From NCBI GenBank assembly GCA_002633005.1, contig NMRA01000266.1:391925-455924 (forward strand): a stretch of DNA of 64,000 nt. Direction: 5' to 3'. The notes under the pieces were generated by a model, which was not told where the DNA came from, did not search any database, and was given only the letters and a program-made list of their open reading frames with translations. Every line of letters begins with the position of its first letter. The stretch's first letter is position 1. This DNA is from Phoronis australis. Lineage: Eukaryota > Animalia > Phoronida. Positions 12,464 to 27,400 of this stretch are shown here, one piece after another. Both the position numbers and the translations under genes were made by a program.

Positions 12464-15208
12464 GGACTAATTTACATAAAAATTGTCTCGCAAAACGAGA
12501 CTTTCATGAGGTAACTGGTTCTCCGGTGGTTTTCGGCACACTGGAAGACTCGAGATTGGCTGTTAATTAGTATTACATTTGCATTTTCACAAGTTCTTTT
12601 AAAAATTTCGGAAGTTGAGACAATCTTAGACTTAAGCTGAACATGAACTAGTGTTCTATGGTCATAGAATCAGTTCTAATCTTAACAAGGAATAAGTTGT
12701 GTTCAGTTAGTAGTCCAAAGTAACTGATCATTGTGACTGAAGATAGGTTTATTACTAGTAAATATGTAGCCAGTGGGTGGTGCCTAATCCAAATGCAAAT
12801 TTATTGTATCGTCTGGGTTTCTTGGGTCTTCACAACCCAAACACCCTCCCCCTCCCTAAATCATTGTTGTAGGGGATCACACCCACCCTTAAGTCCTGGC
12901 TGCAAAGTGTACCAACCTTACGTCCTCGCTGCAAAGTGTACCAACGCTCACCAGTTAAGTACCAGTATCGTGGATGTGCGTCGTATTATATGGATTACAT
13001 TGCACGGTTATATTTTCCATAAAACTGAAGATGGGTCATGGAACATTTTTATTTTGTGTTTTAAGTCTGTGATTTATAGTCGTATTTTAAACACAAAACA
13101 ATTTTAAACGATGTTTTTCATGCCGTCTTTACTACAGCAATGTATATCTTGGGCTGGAAACGTTGGTCTTTTCGCTAACCCCAAATGTTCGTAACATTTC
13201 AACACTACAGAATTCTCCTGGTCTTCGATATTGGAAAGCCAGGTCACTGTGAATTGGCTTCTAGTTGTGCTGGAGTTATATCTCCTATGTATTAATTTGG
13301 TGGTCGTGTTACTGTTTGATTTAGCTGGCGCTTTGTTAAACGATGCTCTTTTAAAGAATATTTTTCAATGTTCGTGAAATTTCATGCCCATATCAATGAA
13401 ATATCAGCAGCAAACACATTTTGTTTGCTTATAGTGTTATTGCAGCCATCGCCTGCTCCCTGTTAATTACTTTTCGTGGTGTCTAGGGCATTCACTTCTA
13501 ATACGCTCTCTGTATAAAATAACTTTGTATTCTAAAACTTTTTCCGGGGGTGGGGGGGGTGGGGGGTTACACATTGTTGTAAGTATTTGTGCTGGGGCTA
13601 ATTGATCGAACTCATCTTGCCCTGCCTCTCCAGTTGATGGGGATTAACTCGTTTTGTTCACTCACTCGTTGCCTGGGCACTCTTGCAAGCCTGGGGAATC
13701 TGTCTACCTGAGCACGACCAAACGACATATTTTGTCCCGAAAAATTGTATAAGTGTGACAGTTGGAATGTTAGTGGATAGTTAAATCAGTTTTTGGCCAC
13801 AATAAGATTAAAAACCGGACGATCGCCGCACAAATAAAAAGTTCATGTTCAATTCAACATTTTGTCTTTTCATTAGATATCATCAGGATCATATTTACAA
13901 TTTAGGACAACAAGTGCCAACATACAGCACAGGTAACATCCATAGAGCTTAGTGACCCTGCAACTACATAGTGATGACCAGCTACTGACTATATTCTATA
14001 TATCTCTCACTTCACTCTATGTTCTAAAAAAATCCAAAATTCTGTTTAATGACATCTGTCAGCTTCATTCCAGACTAAAACACAAAGTAACATTTTCTAT
14101 TTTTGGTAAAAAATTGAGGATTCAATGCATTTCTTTTCTGCAATATCGTGTCCCACATTGAAGAGTTTCTACAGTTGGAAACCACCGAGCAGCTTAAAGT
14201 CATTGGACTTCATTAGGGGTATCCAATGGCTTCTTCCTGCCATCATTCCACCTGTCCAGGTTGTTAAGTACAGATAAGACACCTGCTGTTAATATAAACT
14301 TTGTGAAACCCCGTGAATCGGGATTAACACTATGTCTGTCCACGTCTCCTGAACTTGTTGACCAGGCAACTTGTTTTCGATAAGCGTGAATGTAAACATT
14401 GTTTAAAATGCATTATCTATAGAAATGTTTGTTTTGGTTCAAATTGTTAAGTTGGATGGTTTTTGGTGGTGTTTGATACTGCAAGCTTGTGTCGCTGAAC
14501 TTTGCATAATATACGCACAGTATTCAGACTGCTTGATTGCTTACTGGTATAGTGCCATTAGACATATCAAAACTCATGGTAAAAATTCCCAGCAAAACGG
14601 TGCGTAACTCTAAACTGTCCAATCGTAGGTGATCACCGGGGAAGGAAAACATAAGTTACTCTATTGGAATGTTGACTTCTCTTGCTGAGAAGGGAATTCC
14701 AAAGTTTGGCGGATTATTCAGATGTGAAATTTTACTTTTGACAATTCATACAATAGATGTATGTTTAGTCTCATTGCACGTAGATTCTGTATTAAGGCAT
14801 AAAAACGGCTAAATTTCAGAAAAAAATCACACAGACCTCACTGGGATCTTGGCAGACGTTATTGGGAGATTGAACCAGTCATCTACGGGGACCTTTGACC
14901 TCTGATTGGAGCCCATATTTTCAGAATCACCTTCCTAAGTGTCAGGTGATGACAGTGTTATAATCCTATGTGTAAATATGTAGTGTAAATGATACATAGG
15001 GAAGAATGCTGCAGATGTGTTGATAACATTATGTAGCATCTTCAGTGTGACCCTTATGTCAAGAGGAAGACCCACCACATGGGGAATAGACAGGCGACCC
15101 TGAAACTTAGTCTCAATGTAGAAAGTTGTTGGGCTAAAATAAGCTGCAGAATGAGTAGAGGTGTTGTAGGTCCTTTCAGCATTGTGGGATGATGCCAAAG
15201 CTTTACCT

Positions 15209-15306
15209 AAGAATTCTGGGATGTCAAAGCATTCTGGATACCAAAGCATTCTGGGATACCAAAGCATTCTGGGATACCAAAGCATTCTGGGTTACCAAAC
15301 TTCTGG
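15209..15306. repeat. 18-bp minisatellite (aagcattctgggatacca), about 5 copies
   Basis: Directly visible; causes the MLWYPR and QNALVS repeats in spurious ORFs. Confidence 0.92.
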
Positions 15307-18300
15307 CGTAGAACTCTTTTGTGCAATGAGAGCATGAAAGTAAGCTTTGATTGACAGGTGCTCGAATTGTGCTGAATAGAAGGGCTTTTGTGAGAAATTG
15401 ATGAAACATAGTTCGTGGATAGGAATGAAGATTTCTAGGCTGTGTTGTTTGTGTCCTGTCAAAAATGGCAGCTTGATATTCAAGAACTCGGCTCGCAGAC
15501 GTGCACAACCTTGACATTAAAAGGCCATTGAGCCACGACACGGTACTTTCGCATTTGACAAAAATGCTGTTGGGCATTTTCTGGCCATTCGGCTCTCAAG
15601 AGTTGTAATGCTCAAGCCGCACATGTGTAACTAACCTGAGATGTCCTGTGTTTCATTTTCAAATTTTAGGTGGCAAATACCACCTGTAACTTGTTATATG
15701 GCACTGAGCACAGTGGTGTTAAACAGAATGGTTTTGATGGAAAGTAGATGGAACATACGGTAGTTTAAGGTACTGTTTCATTAAACATTTCATAAAATTC
15801 GAACAAAGTTAAATTGCCTTTTTTTCATTTTTCCAATGCTCACTCCCTATTGCCAAAAATGCTCAAAATTTCGCGGTGTTAGTTGATGACAGTGGCGTAG
15901 GCATAAAGTTTTCAAGTACTGAAGTGAAATTGTCTCCTTGTTCACTCTCGTTAAAAATTTTGACGAAGTTAAATTTCGTTGTTCCGTCATATTGTGTTCT
16001 AAATTTAGTGAAATTTAACTGAACTTAGTTTTTGAATTTGTCAGGTGGTCAAAATTTCCAAAAAGTCAAACCGTTGTATACTCACCACATCAAGGTAGGT
16101 TTTTTGGTTCTAAAAGGGATCCCCACTTCAAAGGAACCCAGTAGTATACACAGTCTCAAAAAGTCATTACTTAGCTAGGTAGATTTATAATGTAACAGCT
16201 GTGTGTTCAGAGCACTTGTGAAGCCATGGTCCAACCCTCGCCAATGACCGGTCAAGATGGTCACTGCTCAGCCACCTGCAGGTCAGATAATCAACAGGTG
16301 ACTTCAGAATGAAAAACTAAATGGGAGGTATGTTGATAATGGCTGAACTTGAAGAGACTAACATGAATGTGATTTTTATGTAATTAGAAGATACAAACAC
16401 AAGAACTTTGGTGGGCTGATTCTACATTCAGTATCTATAGAGCACGATAAGCACTCTTCTCTGTTAGAGGTAGGAAAATTCATTGAATGACGGACATAGT
16501 TTTCGATGCTCCATGAACTTGTGAGCGGAGTCGGACAATCCCTGAACGGTGCTGTGCGTACTCGCGAAGAGTCACTGTCTAATTTTCTGTTTCTGTTTGT
16601 CGTATCATTGCAGCGCACTTCTTAGAAAGCTTACTCAGCGTGAGAATTGCTGAAATCATGTGGTAATCGTTATTTTGGTTTGAGGACAATTTTCTAATGC
16701 TAATAAAATTTTGCCGCCATCACGGCATATTGAGTTGCAGCGCAGGCATCAAAAATTGTAAAACTTGGTCCGACTTACTGAGTCGTTCTTCACTGTTCAA
16801 CTGTGCTCAGAAATGCAACCCTGCCTTTAGTTGAGAACTACTTCAGTCATACAACACTTCTTTACCTCCTCACTCAGGAGAGTTAAATTTGGTAATTTCA
16901 CTGGAATGGATTTCAGTCATGCTGGTATTCGGTGATTGGGCCACCATTGGTTTCACACTTTCGAACCCTGCTGTTTTGTTCCATTTCCCTGAGCACCACC
17001 CAACCCCAGCACCTGGTGAGCTCTCTGTTTCTGAGCTCTGCTAATCTGGTTTGAAGTCAGAACTAGGTGATAGGTTGAAGCACTTGAGAATGTGTAGAGG
17101 ACTCATCAAGTTATCTGCAGATGGTGGTATTAGTCTTCAACTCTTAAGAATTTATCTGCAGCTGGAACTGGTTATGCACATTGGGCTTCAGCCAGGTTGG
17201 CAAGTCAGTAGAAAGTCACTTGGATATTAGTGGGATATGAAAATGGGTCTGTGGATATGCGCAGCAAACTGGTCACTGGTTTCATATAAGTTTTTGGCTA
17301 GATAACAATAATGAGTTTTGTTAAAAACAATGCACGCGATGTCATGCAGTAGTCAAGACCTGTGAGGAGTATCATGGAACCCAGCCTTGGGGTATTTTAG
17401 TCGCAATGCATGGAAACAATATGGCCTGTGCATTCAATACTGGACACTATGCAGTGGTGATTTCTCATAGCAGTTGATCAGTGCCATGGGCAGCTTGAGC
17501 ACTATGTGCAATTGATTGGTCAATTTTGCTTTAAATCTCAAATAAAATATGGTTTGCCTACCTGGGTAATGATGATTGAAATCTTTTATTGATGATGAGT
17601 TAACAGTTGCTGTTAAATTCTTAAGTCTGTTCAAAGTCGAAAATTGATTTTTAAATGCATTTTCTGTCAGAAGGTTTCGTTTCTATCTGGCGAGACCTGT
17701 GATCTGTCAGCCATCACTTGATCAAAGTGTATGCTAATCCTGTGTCTAAGTACGCGTGTACTTGTGCATCCCAGGTGATGAAGTCTGACTGTAATAAGGG
17801 AATTAGCGAGTGTTTGTGAATTGATCGGATGTCTAGTACTACTATATTTACCCAGAAAATCAATTCATTTGTCTGAACCCTTCAAGAGACAGTCAAGATT
17901 GAGAAAACCATGCCAGTGACCAATGAGGTCCAAATGACATTTTCTAGGGCCGTGCTCGTAGGTGATTGCTTTCTGGGCGGTAGAATACTCTTAAAGCCGC
18001 GTCAATTGCTTTCTTATGGATGCGTTTTCAAGCTCACACTGTTCATTTTTAGTCCGATGCTTGCTGCCATTGTTGGATCATAAAAAGTTACGACCTCGTC
18101 TAAAAGTGCATTCATTTCAGTGGTTTCAAATGTCCATTTGAGCTGAACAGTATGTTAATGTGTCCAATCCAAGCAAACTGTGCTGGGAAATAATCTTTGC
18201 GGATTGACATAACCTGGTCTGGCATATTATTAAAGCCTCATTTTGAGAACGTAATTATGCGGGGTCGACCAAGTTAATCCCATACAATTATTGATCGTAG

Positions 18301-18433
18301 TTGACATCCCCCTTGTCGTTGATGTTATGGCTTTCGGGAAATGATGTGATCAATCCAGTTTTCTCCATGGCAGAATTGAAAAATTCTTGAATAAGTTTAA
18401 AAAACTGTTCTAGCTTATTTAACATAGAGGGAT

Positions 18434-18873
18434 CAGGGGCCGGTTGGATGACACATTCCTAAATAGGCACTCAACTGAGTTCCCTAAATCTGCTGCGTAT
18501 TTGTGGGCTTGTGAAAACTCTGATTGTCTTATTTTATGCTGTTTGAGTATCATTAGTATGCCAATTTTTTACTTTGATACAAGTCGAAAGAAAACTCTAA
18601 ATTGAATTCTCAATATTATTGAAAATAAGTAGGCATCTTTTCATGCAGCGCCCCCAATTTAAGGACTAAGTCCCTAACTGTTTTGATTGACTTAAGGGCT
18701 CAGTTTTTAGTTATGTTATTAGAAAATTCCACTAGTCAAAGAAGAGCTCATGATAAAGATAAAATTATAGAAAATGTATTACATCTGTGCCTAAAGAATG
18801 AAACAAATATGAAAAAGATTTATTGAACTTAATTGAGTCCCTATTAAGAAATGTTTCGTGCAACTGGTCACTG
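18434..18873. mobile_element. Diverged MITE, PIF/Harbinger-like
   Basis: About 57-bp imperfect TIRs: caggggccggttggatgacacattcctaaataggcactcaactgagttc vs reverse complement cagtgaccagttgcacgaaacatttcttaatagggactcaattaagttc. Outer CAG/CTG may be a CWG target site. Confidence 0.75.
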
Positions 18874-21800
18874 GTCTCCAGGTGTGTGCTTCAGCCATAA
18901 ACTGACAGCATGGCACAGTGTTCTCCTCAACAGAAAATTCTAACTTGACTGAAATTACAAAATTTGTGTACTTGCTTGAAAACCCATTTCCGTACTGAGG
19001 AGAGTTTGTGTGTTAAGTGATGGAATAATGCATAGAACTGTTACTTAAAGGCCAGAATGTCTTAATCTCCCGAAGCTGTAAACTCGTTGCACCGGTTTTC
19101 AAACTCGATGCATAAGGAAGCAAAACTTGTCATGGCAAAATTAAAACTTGACGCAAATGACAGAGTGACGAGTCAAAACAGGTTTTTGCTGTAGGTCGGT
19201 ATTGCTGTCTTTGCATGGAATTCCTACATCCACCTTCCCTGAGACTTTTAGAATTAAAAACTGAGTTGAGTTGCTAACCAAAACAGAAAACAATCATCGC
19301 ATGATATACGAAACCAATTTTATGAACAAAAAAGACTTAAATCGATTTTTGAAATAGTGAGCGAAACAGGGTTTAGCTTTAATTTGCAGCTCCTGTAAAG
19401 TTGTTAACACACAACCTAAATTGTTGACCAAACCCATCTATCGCATCTGATCCAGTTTATGAAGATTCCAATGTAAAGCATCTGTTTTGAGCCTGACTGG
19501 CATGTGTTTGTTTACAAGGTCACCATGGTTACCAGAGATGTCTAGCATGATCCTGGGATCATGAAAACAACAAACAAGGTCATAGGTCACAATCACTGGG
19601 GCTGGGGTAGTCAGGTGTATGCCTGGCCTTTGAGTGACGTCTGAAATTATAGGAAGTTATCGTGACTAGTGTTGACTTGTTTTCTCATACTTGTTTTTTC
19701 ATGCCACTGCCAGTCATGTTCGGACAGTGCCTACTGCTTCTGTGAAGACTCATCTGGCCCACAATTATAGTTCGCTCTAAAATTTCACACGGGGGAAATT
19801 TTGTAATCTTGTCTGCCTAACTGCTTGAGGCTAAGTAGGAAACCCCTTAGTTGGTGATAAAGAACTTGACCAGTTAGAAGATTAGAGAAGGGCTTTTCCA
19901 TACTATAAAACTGGGATTGTCGCCATTTTTCTTAATGTTTCATTGCTCGCACTGTTCACTTTTTTCAATGATTTTCGTTCTGTTCAGTTGTTCCGCACCA
20001 TTTCTCTCGGATTACCTCAACTGGATGGCACTGAGACGTTCTCAGCATGGTTGTTTCTCAAACACTGTAAACAGGTTTTGCTTCATGTTCTCTTCACTAC
20101 TCTATGTGGGCACATCACTTGAACTACTTCATACAATATCGGGTTATTGATAGAGAAAACATTGCACAGTGCCTGAGAACTGTGTACACTGCTGGACCAC
20201 CCTCTATATTGTTGAGTGTTTACTATGCCTAACATGTTGACCTGTGTATGACTGGAGAGTTCATATAGCCTGGAATCAATTGGACCTCTGCAGTAGAGTT
20301 ATCTCCCTTTTCGCAAGTCCTGAACACCATTGGGATATCTGATGTTTCCAGCACCTCAATGGAGACAAGTCGGATAATCATTGCATAGCAGCCTAAGAAT
20401 GGCACCCTCCTTTGAATGGCATGTAGCAAGGTCTATACGTACCCAAGGGTCATGCTGTGGTCATTAAATGTCTTGAAACATCAATGCTGGATTTGTGGAC
20501 CTGCAGCTCACTAATGGGACTTCATAAATATATTTTATATTGGTGGTGATCTAACCAAAACATGTATCTGTAGCTATGTTGTTCAGGCTGGAATTCAGTA
20601 ACTCTATGACCTCGCTAAAATCTAGCAAAAATCACGTGTTCTCATTTAAAATACACAATAACATCTCACGTAATCTCGCGAAATTTTGCTTTTTAGTGAG
20701 GTCCTGGGGTTACTGGACTCTACCCAGGTTTCCTCTTAAAACTGCTACGGAAAAGATTCTCAAATTTGGGACAGGTTTTAGGATTTGGGACACGGAAATT
20801 CCCACTGGCATTGAATTTTCTTTATTCTGCTTTTTGATTTATACTGTCACATGGCTTAATTTGGCGACTTGGTAAAAATCCCAAGTCACCATGGTGTCGC
20901 CGAAATTTTGCGAGTTGCTACCAAGTGAGAGGAAGGCAGGAAAAGAAGAATTTGTAATTCGCTTCAAAGTTTGTCTTGACTAACCAAATAGAAACACCTT
21001 TGGTTAACAATCGTTCTAAATGTTTTGCAAATTCAACCAAGTCGACAACTCTCAGCTCGTAATCAAGGACTTGCTTAAACTACAACGGGAAGCAGATGGA
21101 CAATCCAAAGTCGTTTGGCAAACAGTGTGACGCTTGTCTCCTCTCCTCTGTGGATGAGACTGCTGTTACAGAAGTGCGTTAATCCTTTACTTCACAGACA
21201 TTTTAAGTCTGGTCTGCACGCCACCTACAGGCCACCTAATGAGCACCAGTCTGATAAGATTTCTGCACCCGACTGGTACATATTTACAATTGTGATTGCT
21301 TCGTTGCAAGTTATAGTAACTCAACAATATGTTGTTTTGGAACATCTGCACAGCACATATCAAACTAACGATAGGCTGAAATTTCTTATTTTTTCTTGTT
21401 GAATTTCTCGAAATCAGATTTCACTCACCCAACATGTTGCATGTGGGTGAATAATCATTGCAATACGATATGCATTGCTCGTCAGAGCAGCTTTACCTTC
21501 AGTGCATGGATTAGTTCTACACTTGGATAACAGTCAAGCTAACTGATAGTACCTCTAATTCATCAAGGTTTGAATAGCAGATCATATAAAACCCTTATTA
21601 TCCCTCATATGCAATGTTCATGACCCCATGAGATACCTTAATTAATTTAGTCTCCATGGTTTCATGTGGGTATAGTTTGTGTAACTGTCAACACACCCAT
21701 GCTCTGGGTACATTCAGTTTGCAATTTATTGCATAATCTTGGTTTCCTAAGTGGCTTTTACATGGAGAGTTAGTTGCCACTGTATCAGGCATCACAGCGC

Positions 21801-21911
21801 AACACCTTCCACTTTTGTTGCATTTACACGACGTTAGATCGCAAATTGGATCAGCACAAGTCACTTACGCGAACACTGTTTGTGTGTGCTCGCATAAAAA
21901 ACAGTGAACGT

Positions 21912-22139
21912 CCATACCACATGGAATGCCAGTTGATACCCAAATATACGCTTTTGCACAAGCACACTGAAAGATGTTCCCTTTTCCGCCCTGCCCCAGT
22001 TGTGTTAGTTGAAACAGGATCAACTGATCGAGCGCAAATCGTTCTACCTCTCAAACCGCTATCAAACATAGGCCGCCAGCGATTTCACTTGCTTCGTGTT
22101 AGTCGTGTGTACAAACATTTGCACCTGATCAGCTGTTCC
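21912..22139 (+). repeat. Dispersed repeat, copy 1 (related to 24215..24457)
   Basis: Shared ccacatggaatgccag, ccttttcc.ccctgccccagttgtgt, tctacctctcaaacc, atcagctgttc in the same order. Confidence 0.8.
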
Positions 22140-22174
22140 ATATTAGCTGCGCCATGTCAACTATCTCCTTTAAA

Positions 22175-22320
22175 TGTCTGACAACCCATATCTGACAACC
22201 CATATCTGACAACCCACGTCTGATGACATATGCTTGACAACCCGTGTTTTATTAGTACATGTCTGACAATACAGGTTTGACAACCTACTCTGACAAGACA
22301 TGTCTGACGACCTATGTCGG
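22175..22320. repeat. Degenerate 14-bp minisatellite (tctgacaacccata)
   Basis: Three near-perfect units followed by decaying copies. Confidence 0.85.
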
Positions 22321-22459
22321 CCAAAACAATCTTGAGCAGGTACTATCCCAAAATCACCTTTTTATAAGTTTTGGGTTAGAACCAGGTTTTTTGAATATTA
22401 CAAAACTAAGACATTTAAATTAGTTTCCCACTGCTTTTTTAATGACCCTGAGTAATAAT

Positions 22460-22574
22460 TAGGGCAATGATCTGATATAGCGTGCCGATTTTTGAGAACC
22501 AGTTTTCTCCACTGAATAACTGGCATCAAACTGGTTCTCAAAATACGAGCACGTTATATCTGACTATTACCATA
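22460..22574 (+). mobile_element. About 115-bp palindromic mini-MITE, copy 1
   Basis: Arms ...gatatagcgtgc...ttttgagaaccagttt / aaactggttctcaaaa...gcacgttatatc around loop ctccactgaataactggcatc. Confidence 0.85.
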
Positions 22575-24214
22575 ATTGATATGTTATCATTGAGATATGG
22601 GACTGTAATAAAGTCTATGGAATTGAGCATTATCTCTTGAATAAATTTATATTCTGGACAGAATAATGAACTCCCAGACCTGCAGTTAGCAACTTAATCG
22701 ATGCACTAACTGCTTAGTTGTTTACATACTTGGTCATTCAAATGCTAGGGTACCTTAGCTCAGGTGTCTGCTGTCCATTGGATTCCTGTTCCATGAAGGG
22801 CTCATAAAAGGATTCGTAAGTGACATCTATTGGTCACTTCACAGTTAGGAAAAATTCGCGCGACTGTTGCACTCATGAACATAGTTCCTGGCGTAGTAAC
22901 ATGGTTCACAGGCCCGCTTGTACCGCGTTAAGCGATCAATGAGCCTGCGTGTAAGTGACACGATCCCTGTTCATTTGTACAGCAGCAATGTGATTATCTC
23001 CCCTTGTAAGTCTATCCACACTGCTCCAGGTGCTGTTAGTTACTTCAGTCAAGCTATGATTATATATTTGCATGCTCCTACCTCTGTTAATGCATAGCAA
23101 GGACTAAACGGCAATGCTATTTAAGCGCCACCTGCGCTAAACAAAGGGCAGTTGTGTTCGTAGACAACTTGTGAATGCAAAAACAAAAAATTCTGCAAAT
23201 ACATGACCTTTGTACTAATGACGTACCGTGGGGGCTGGCATAGCTTGCGTCACGCAGTGCTATTCCCCAACACCATGTCATGATACTTACTGGACAGTGG
23301 ACACGATTGAGTGATTTGCGGCGGATCATTTTCAACACAAAACTGTTCTTAAAAACATTTGGCTTTTTCACCATGTTTCATATTCACACGGTCGCTGTAT
23401 GTTTTGTTTCTAACTAACTTGACCAAGCAACCACAGAGATTTAAAGAATCAGCGTACAGGTTCCACTTTAAAGCAGATTTTCACACATCGTCGGTTGATT
23501 CAGCTGTTACACAAATTTCTCATTGCCATTTTCATTTCATCTCATAAATTATAGTTATGTTTGTGTTGCATTTCAAACTTATCTATTTTGGAAAATTTTC
23601 GCCTAGCTGACGATCTTGTCCTGATAACCTTGTTTACTATGTACACAACACTGGTGCCTCGACTGACCTTTTCATCTGGCCAACAGGTGGTGCTCACGTG
23701 TCATCTTCACTGTTTTAGTTGAATTCAGACGATCTCATGACAGTAGATAATTTGGAACAGACACTTCTGGTTCATATGCTCAGACCCTTGATGTGGTGCT
23801 GTTGGAAAGGTCTACATGTAGAGACGATTTGCGTCTGGTTCTAATACTCAGGGCCCTTAATTTGGTACTGTTGGAAAGGCGGTAGGTGTAGAGACGATTT
23901 GCAAAACAATCCATTTTAGCAGACATAAAATTACACCTTCTTTTCTGTTGTATAATTTGGTAAATCAAATTTTACTATTTCTAAGTCTTAAGTAGCATTA
24001 AAATTACCAGGAATTGCCTAACATGTCGCAGCTCTGTTAATTTACACCACGCTGTGTCTATTGTTTCTTACGTTTATAGCAAAACAATCGTCGGTCAGTT
24101 TGTGACTGAAATTGTGGAATTGTGTTATTAATCAGTGGCAATGAAATTCAAAAATAATAGAGGTATGGCATTTACCTCTTAAATGTGTGAATTCTGTTTG
24201 AGCAATAGCAAACG

Positions 24215-24457
24215 CCCAAACCACATGGAATGCCAGTGGATCACCTGTATTTATGCTATTGTGCAAGTGCATTGCAAGATGGTCCTTTTCCACCCTGCCC
24301 CAGTTGTGTAACTTAGACATTTAATTTAAACTGAAGCAACTGATCCAGTGCAACTGGGTCTACCTCTCAAACCAGCGTCTAAAATTGCCGCCTGGTGTCA
24401 ACTTGCTCGTTGGTCATGTTTACACACACTTGCGGGCGCGCACGCATCAGCTGTTCG
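24215..24457 (+). repeat. Dispersed repeat, copy 2 (related to 21912..22139)
   Basis: Colinear blocks as in copy 1, with indels. Confidence 0.8.
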
Positions 24458-27400
24458 TGTTAATGGCTCAGTGACAGCTGTCTCTTGTATACATGTAAAT
24501 TCGACTTACAACTGGAACACAACCCTGGTGTTGCATAGAATTGAGAGGTTGGGATCTCATCTTCCGACTCGAATTCAAACTCGGAATTCTTTTTGGCATT
24601 CTTGGTTTTACTTTCGTGCAAATTCAAGGTAAGTATGTATGAAACAAGCGAGATTCTAGTCCAAGTTCGCACTCGATGACCCCTAGGTTGGAGCTCAAAA
24701 CTCCAGTAAAAACTTGGGATTTCAAGTTCGGACTGAAACTTCTAACCTCAGTGATGGGGTCATTAAATGCAAACTCGAATTAGACAATTTGAACTCCGGT
24801 GTAGATTAATAGACACGGTCCTGAGTTTGCACAAGAGTAGAATAGACATTATAAAAATTTGTTCAAATTTCAAGTAAAAAGGTCAGGCCACCCACCCCGC
24901 TCCCTAGCCGCTCCCCCCCACGCCGGTCCCTGTACAGTTGACATGTTAATTACTTTCCATTTCGTATGCATTAGTTGGTACAGTTAAAGCAGTGTATGTA
25001 TATTGCCATATAACTTGTTTGTACATTTTCTGCTTCTGGCAGGAATGATGAAAATGAAATGAGTGAACTCTATGTAACCCTGAGTTATTATGGAATAAAT
25101 TACATGATACAGATTACCAGACCCAGTTAAAAACACAGTGCATCTGGCAATGTTTGATGACCCTGTTTATATCCTGCTTATGTGACCTTCCTTATATCGA
25201 ATACATTGACTTGATTAAAACTATCATTACTTACGTATTTTTGAAATATTTAAAGAAATAAACACTGGAAAGCAGCTATGGATGTGGTAATGGTATTGCA
25301 TGCTGCTCTGTACAGTACGTCACATGCTTTAAAGCACCCCTAGATGTGAGCATGACCTTTACATGACTTGGGAATTAATATTTAATTTTGATATGGTAGT
25401 ATGCCCTTTGGGGCACTGGACTTACGTAAATCCTACGGGCGGAGTATGAATAAACTGTTACCATTTTTGAAATCGCTTGTGGCCAATTTGTCGTACTTAC
25501 TATGAAAGGCATTCTGCTGAATCTTTTTCCCTATGAACCTGAAATTTGTAAAAATATTTAGTATGAAAATTTTTACTTGCTGGTACTTACGCTTGGCATT
25601 TTTTCTCTGTGAACTTGGAATGAATAAAAATAAGTTTTATGCTCCCTGGTCGGGACAGGCACAGATATTACGTCTCTGTGTCGGCACATTCGACTTGAGC
25701 TACGATGCTAGGTACCACGGTAATAAATTCAATTACACAGGGATTAGTAGACCCTGGTTTTCTGCGATGACGCAAAATGAACAATACCGCAAAATGAACA
25801 ATACGTGCAATCTGTCTTCTTTCACAAAATTAGAAAATTTACGTATTTTAGTTGTTACGGTGATTACCTAAATTAAGACTATAATATATCAGATGCAATA
25901 TATTCTGCCTCATGTCTATCGATGATCGCTCTACAGCAGACATGCTAAAGTGGTTGTTAATTCTTTCTGAAGGTGGCGCTGTGTAGTCTCTGAGGGTTGT
26001 TCTGTTATTTTTCCTGTTTTGAGAAACAATAAATGTAGCGTGCATAAAATAGAGCCGCGTCTTAATTCAGTGGAAGAGGTAAGGGAATTCCCAGAACATT
26101 TTGTGATACTTACCACTTTGAAATAGTACGACGTAATTTGGTTATTTACAAAACGGAAAAACACATTATAAGTTTGCTTAAACGGATTTCTGTGGGGTCT
26201 CTATCTTATGTCGATCAGGCGGTCAGCATTTGTGTTTTGTGACTTGTTCTTACTGTCTTTTCTGCTTAGAACAATCATTCTGAATTCATTTTTAAGAAAA
26301 ATACCAAAGTCCAAAATCATTTTCCGGGTAAGTAAATTATAACGCATTGGCCAATGAAGGCGGCATTGTCTTGCTTCGTGTGCGCAATATCAAAACCATG
26401 TAGACAACTTTGAAGGGAAGTGATAAAATCAAGAGATTTGCGATTGTTAGTTTAGTATTGCTCATAAGTATTTTGTCTTGACAGTGTTTCTTGGTCTAGA
26501 CACACGTAACTAAATGTCTCGGGAGTTGTAATTTGTTCTCGTTTTTACCATCATCACAGGAGACAACGATGAACAATTTTAACCTTTGGTACGCTCACAC
26601 GGTTTCCTTCTCTGATTCCTGTTACAGTAAATTTTCACATAATTTGGACAAAATGGTTGCCAAAAATGCCATGGTTTCATTTTATAAGCTTCAAAAATTG
26701 TGGTGAACGCCCGCAATTTTTCAAAATGTCTTCTGGTTGCTGCAGTATGAAACTTGAACGTAGAAGGCGTATTTTTTGTCGCTTATTATGTTTGTTTCGT
26801 GGAAAAAATGAAGTTTCACTTGTGGACCAATTGTATCTCAAGTGGGTGCGGTTTTACCATAGTCTGTGTTAAGATGTTCAAGGTTAACTTTAGGATTTTC
26901 CAAGACTAAACCTCAGTGAAATGGTCGTATGTTACATTTATTGATTGTGACATTTACAATCATCGTTTTTGTTTGCAGGATAACTGTGTTGCTTGAACGT
27001 CTGCTCTTCTGAACTTGAACGTTACATACAAAGTTTGACTGGCGTTATGTAGCACCGTTTTGTAATGGAATAAGCGCAGGTAAGCTTTAGTGAATATTTG
27101 CTGTTTTGGCTTTGAGAGTATTTGGATGTAATTTTGTTCGAGGAGATGTAAATGAAAACCGAAAAAAGTGTGTGCCAAATGCGCCATTTTTCCCGCACTC
27201 GAGAAGAAAAAAAAACGGGCCTTCAGCTATTCAGATGGGTGCAATTTTATGTCTATTAGTTGAAAAGTGTCTACTATATTGAGACAGAGGAACACACTTA
27301 TTGTAAAGCTGTTGGGAGTTTAAAATGATTGGTGTTTTGAGTAGCATGTCTCTAATGCTAGACATTGGTGCCTGTTTTCTGCCTGCAGATAAATTGCGAA

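Noticed and set aside
14935-15577. ORFs with MLWYPR or QNALVS repeats
   Set aside because: Produced by the 18-bp minisatellite.
24600-27090. Extra 5'UTR exons suggested by strong donors at about 24629, 26328 and 27080
   Set aside because: No convincing paired acceptors or other support; they sit in repeat-like sequence and need RNA data.
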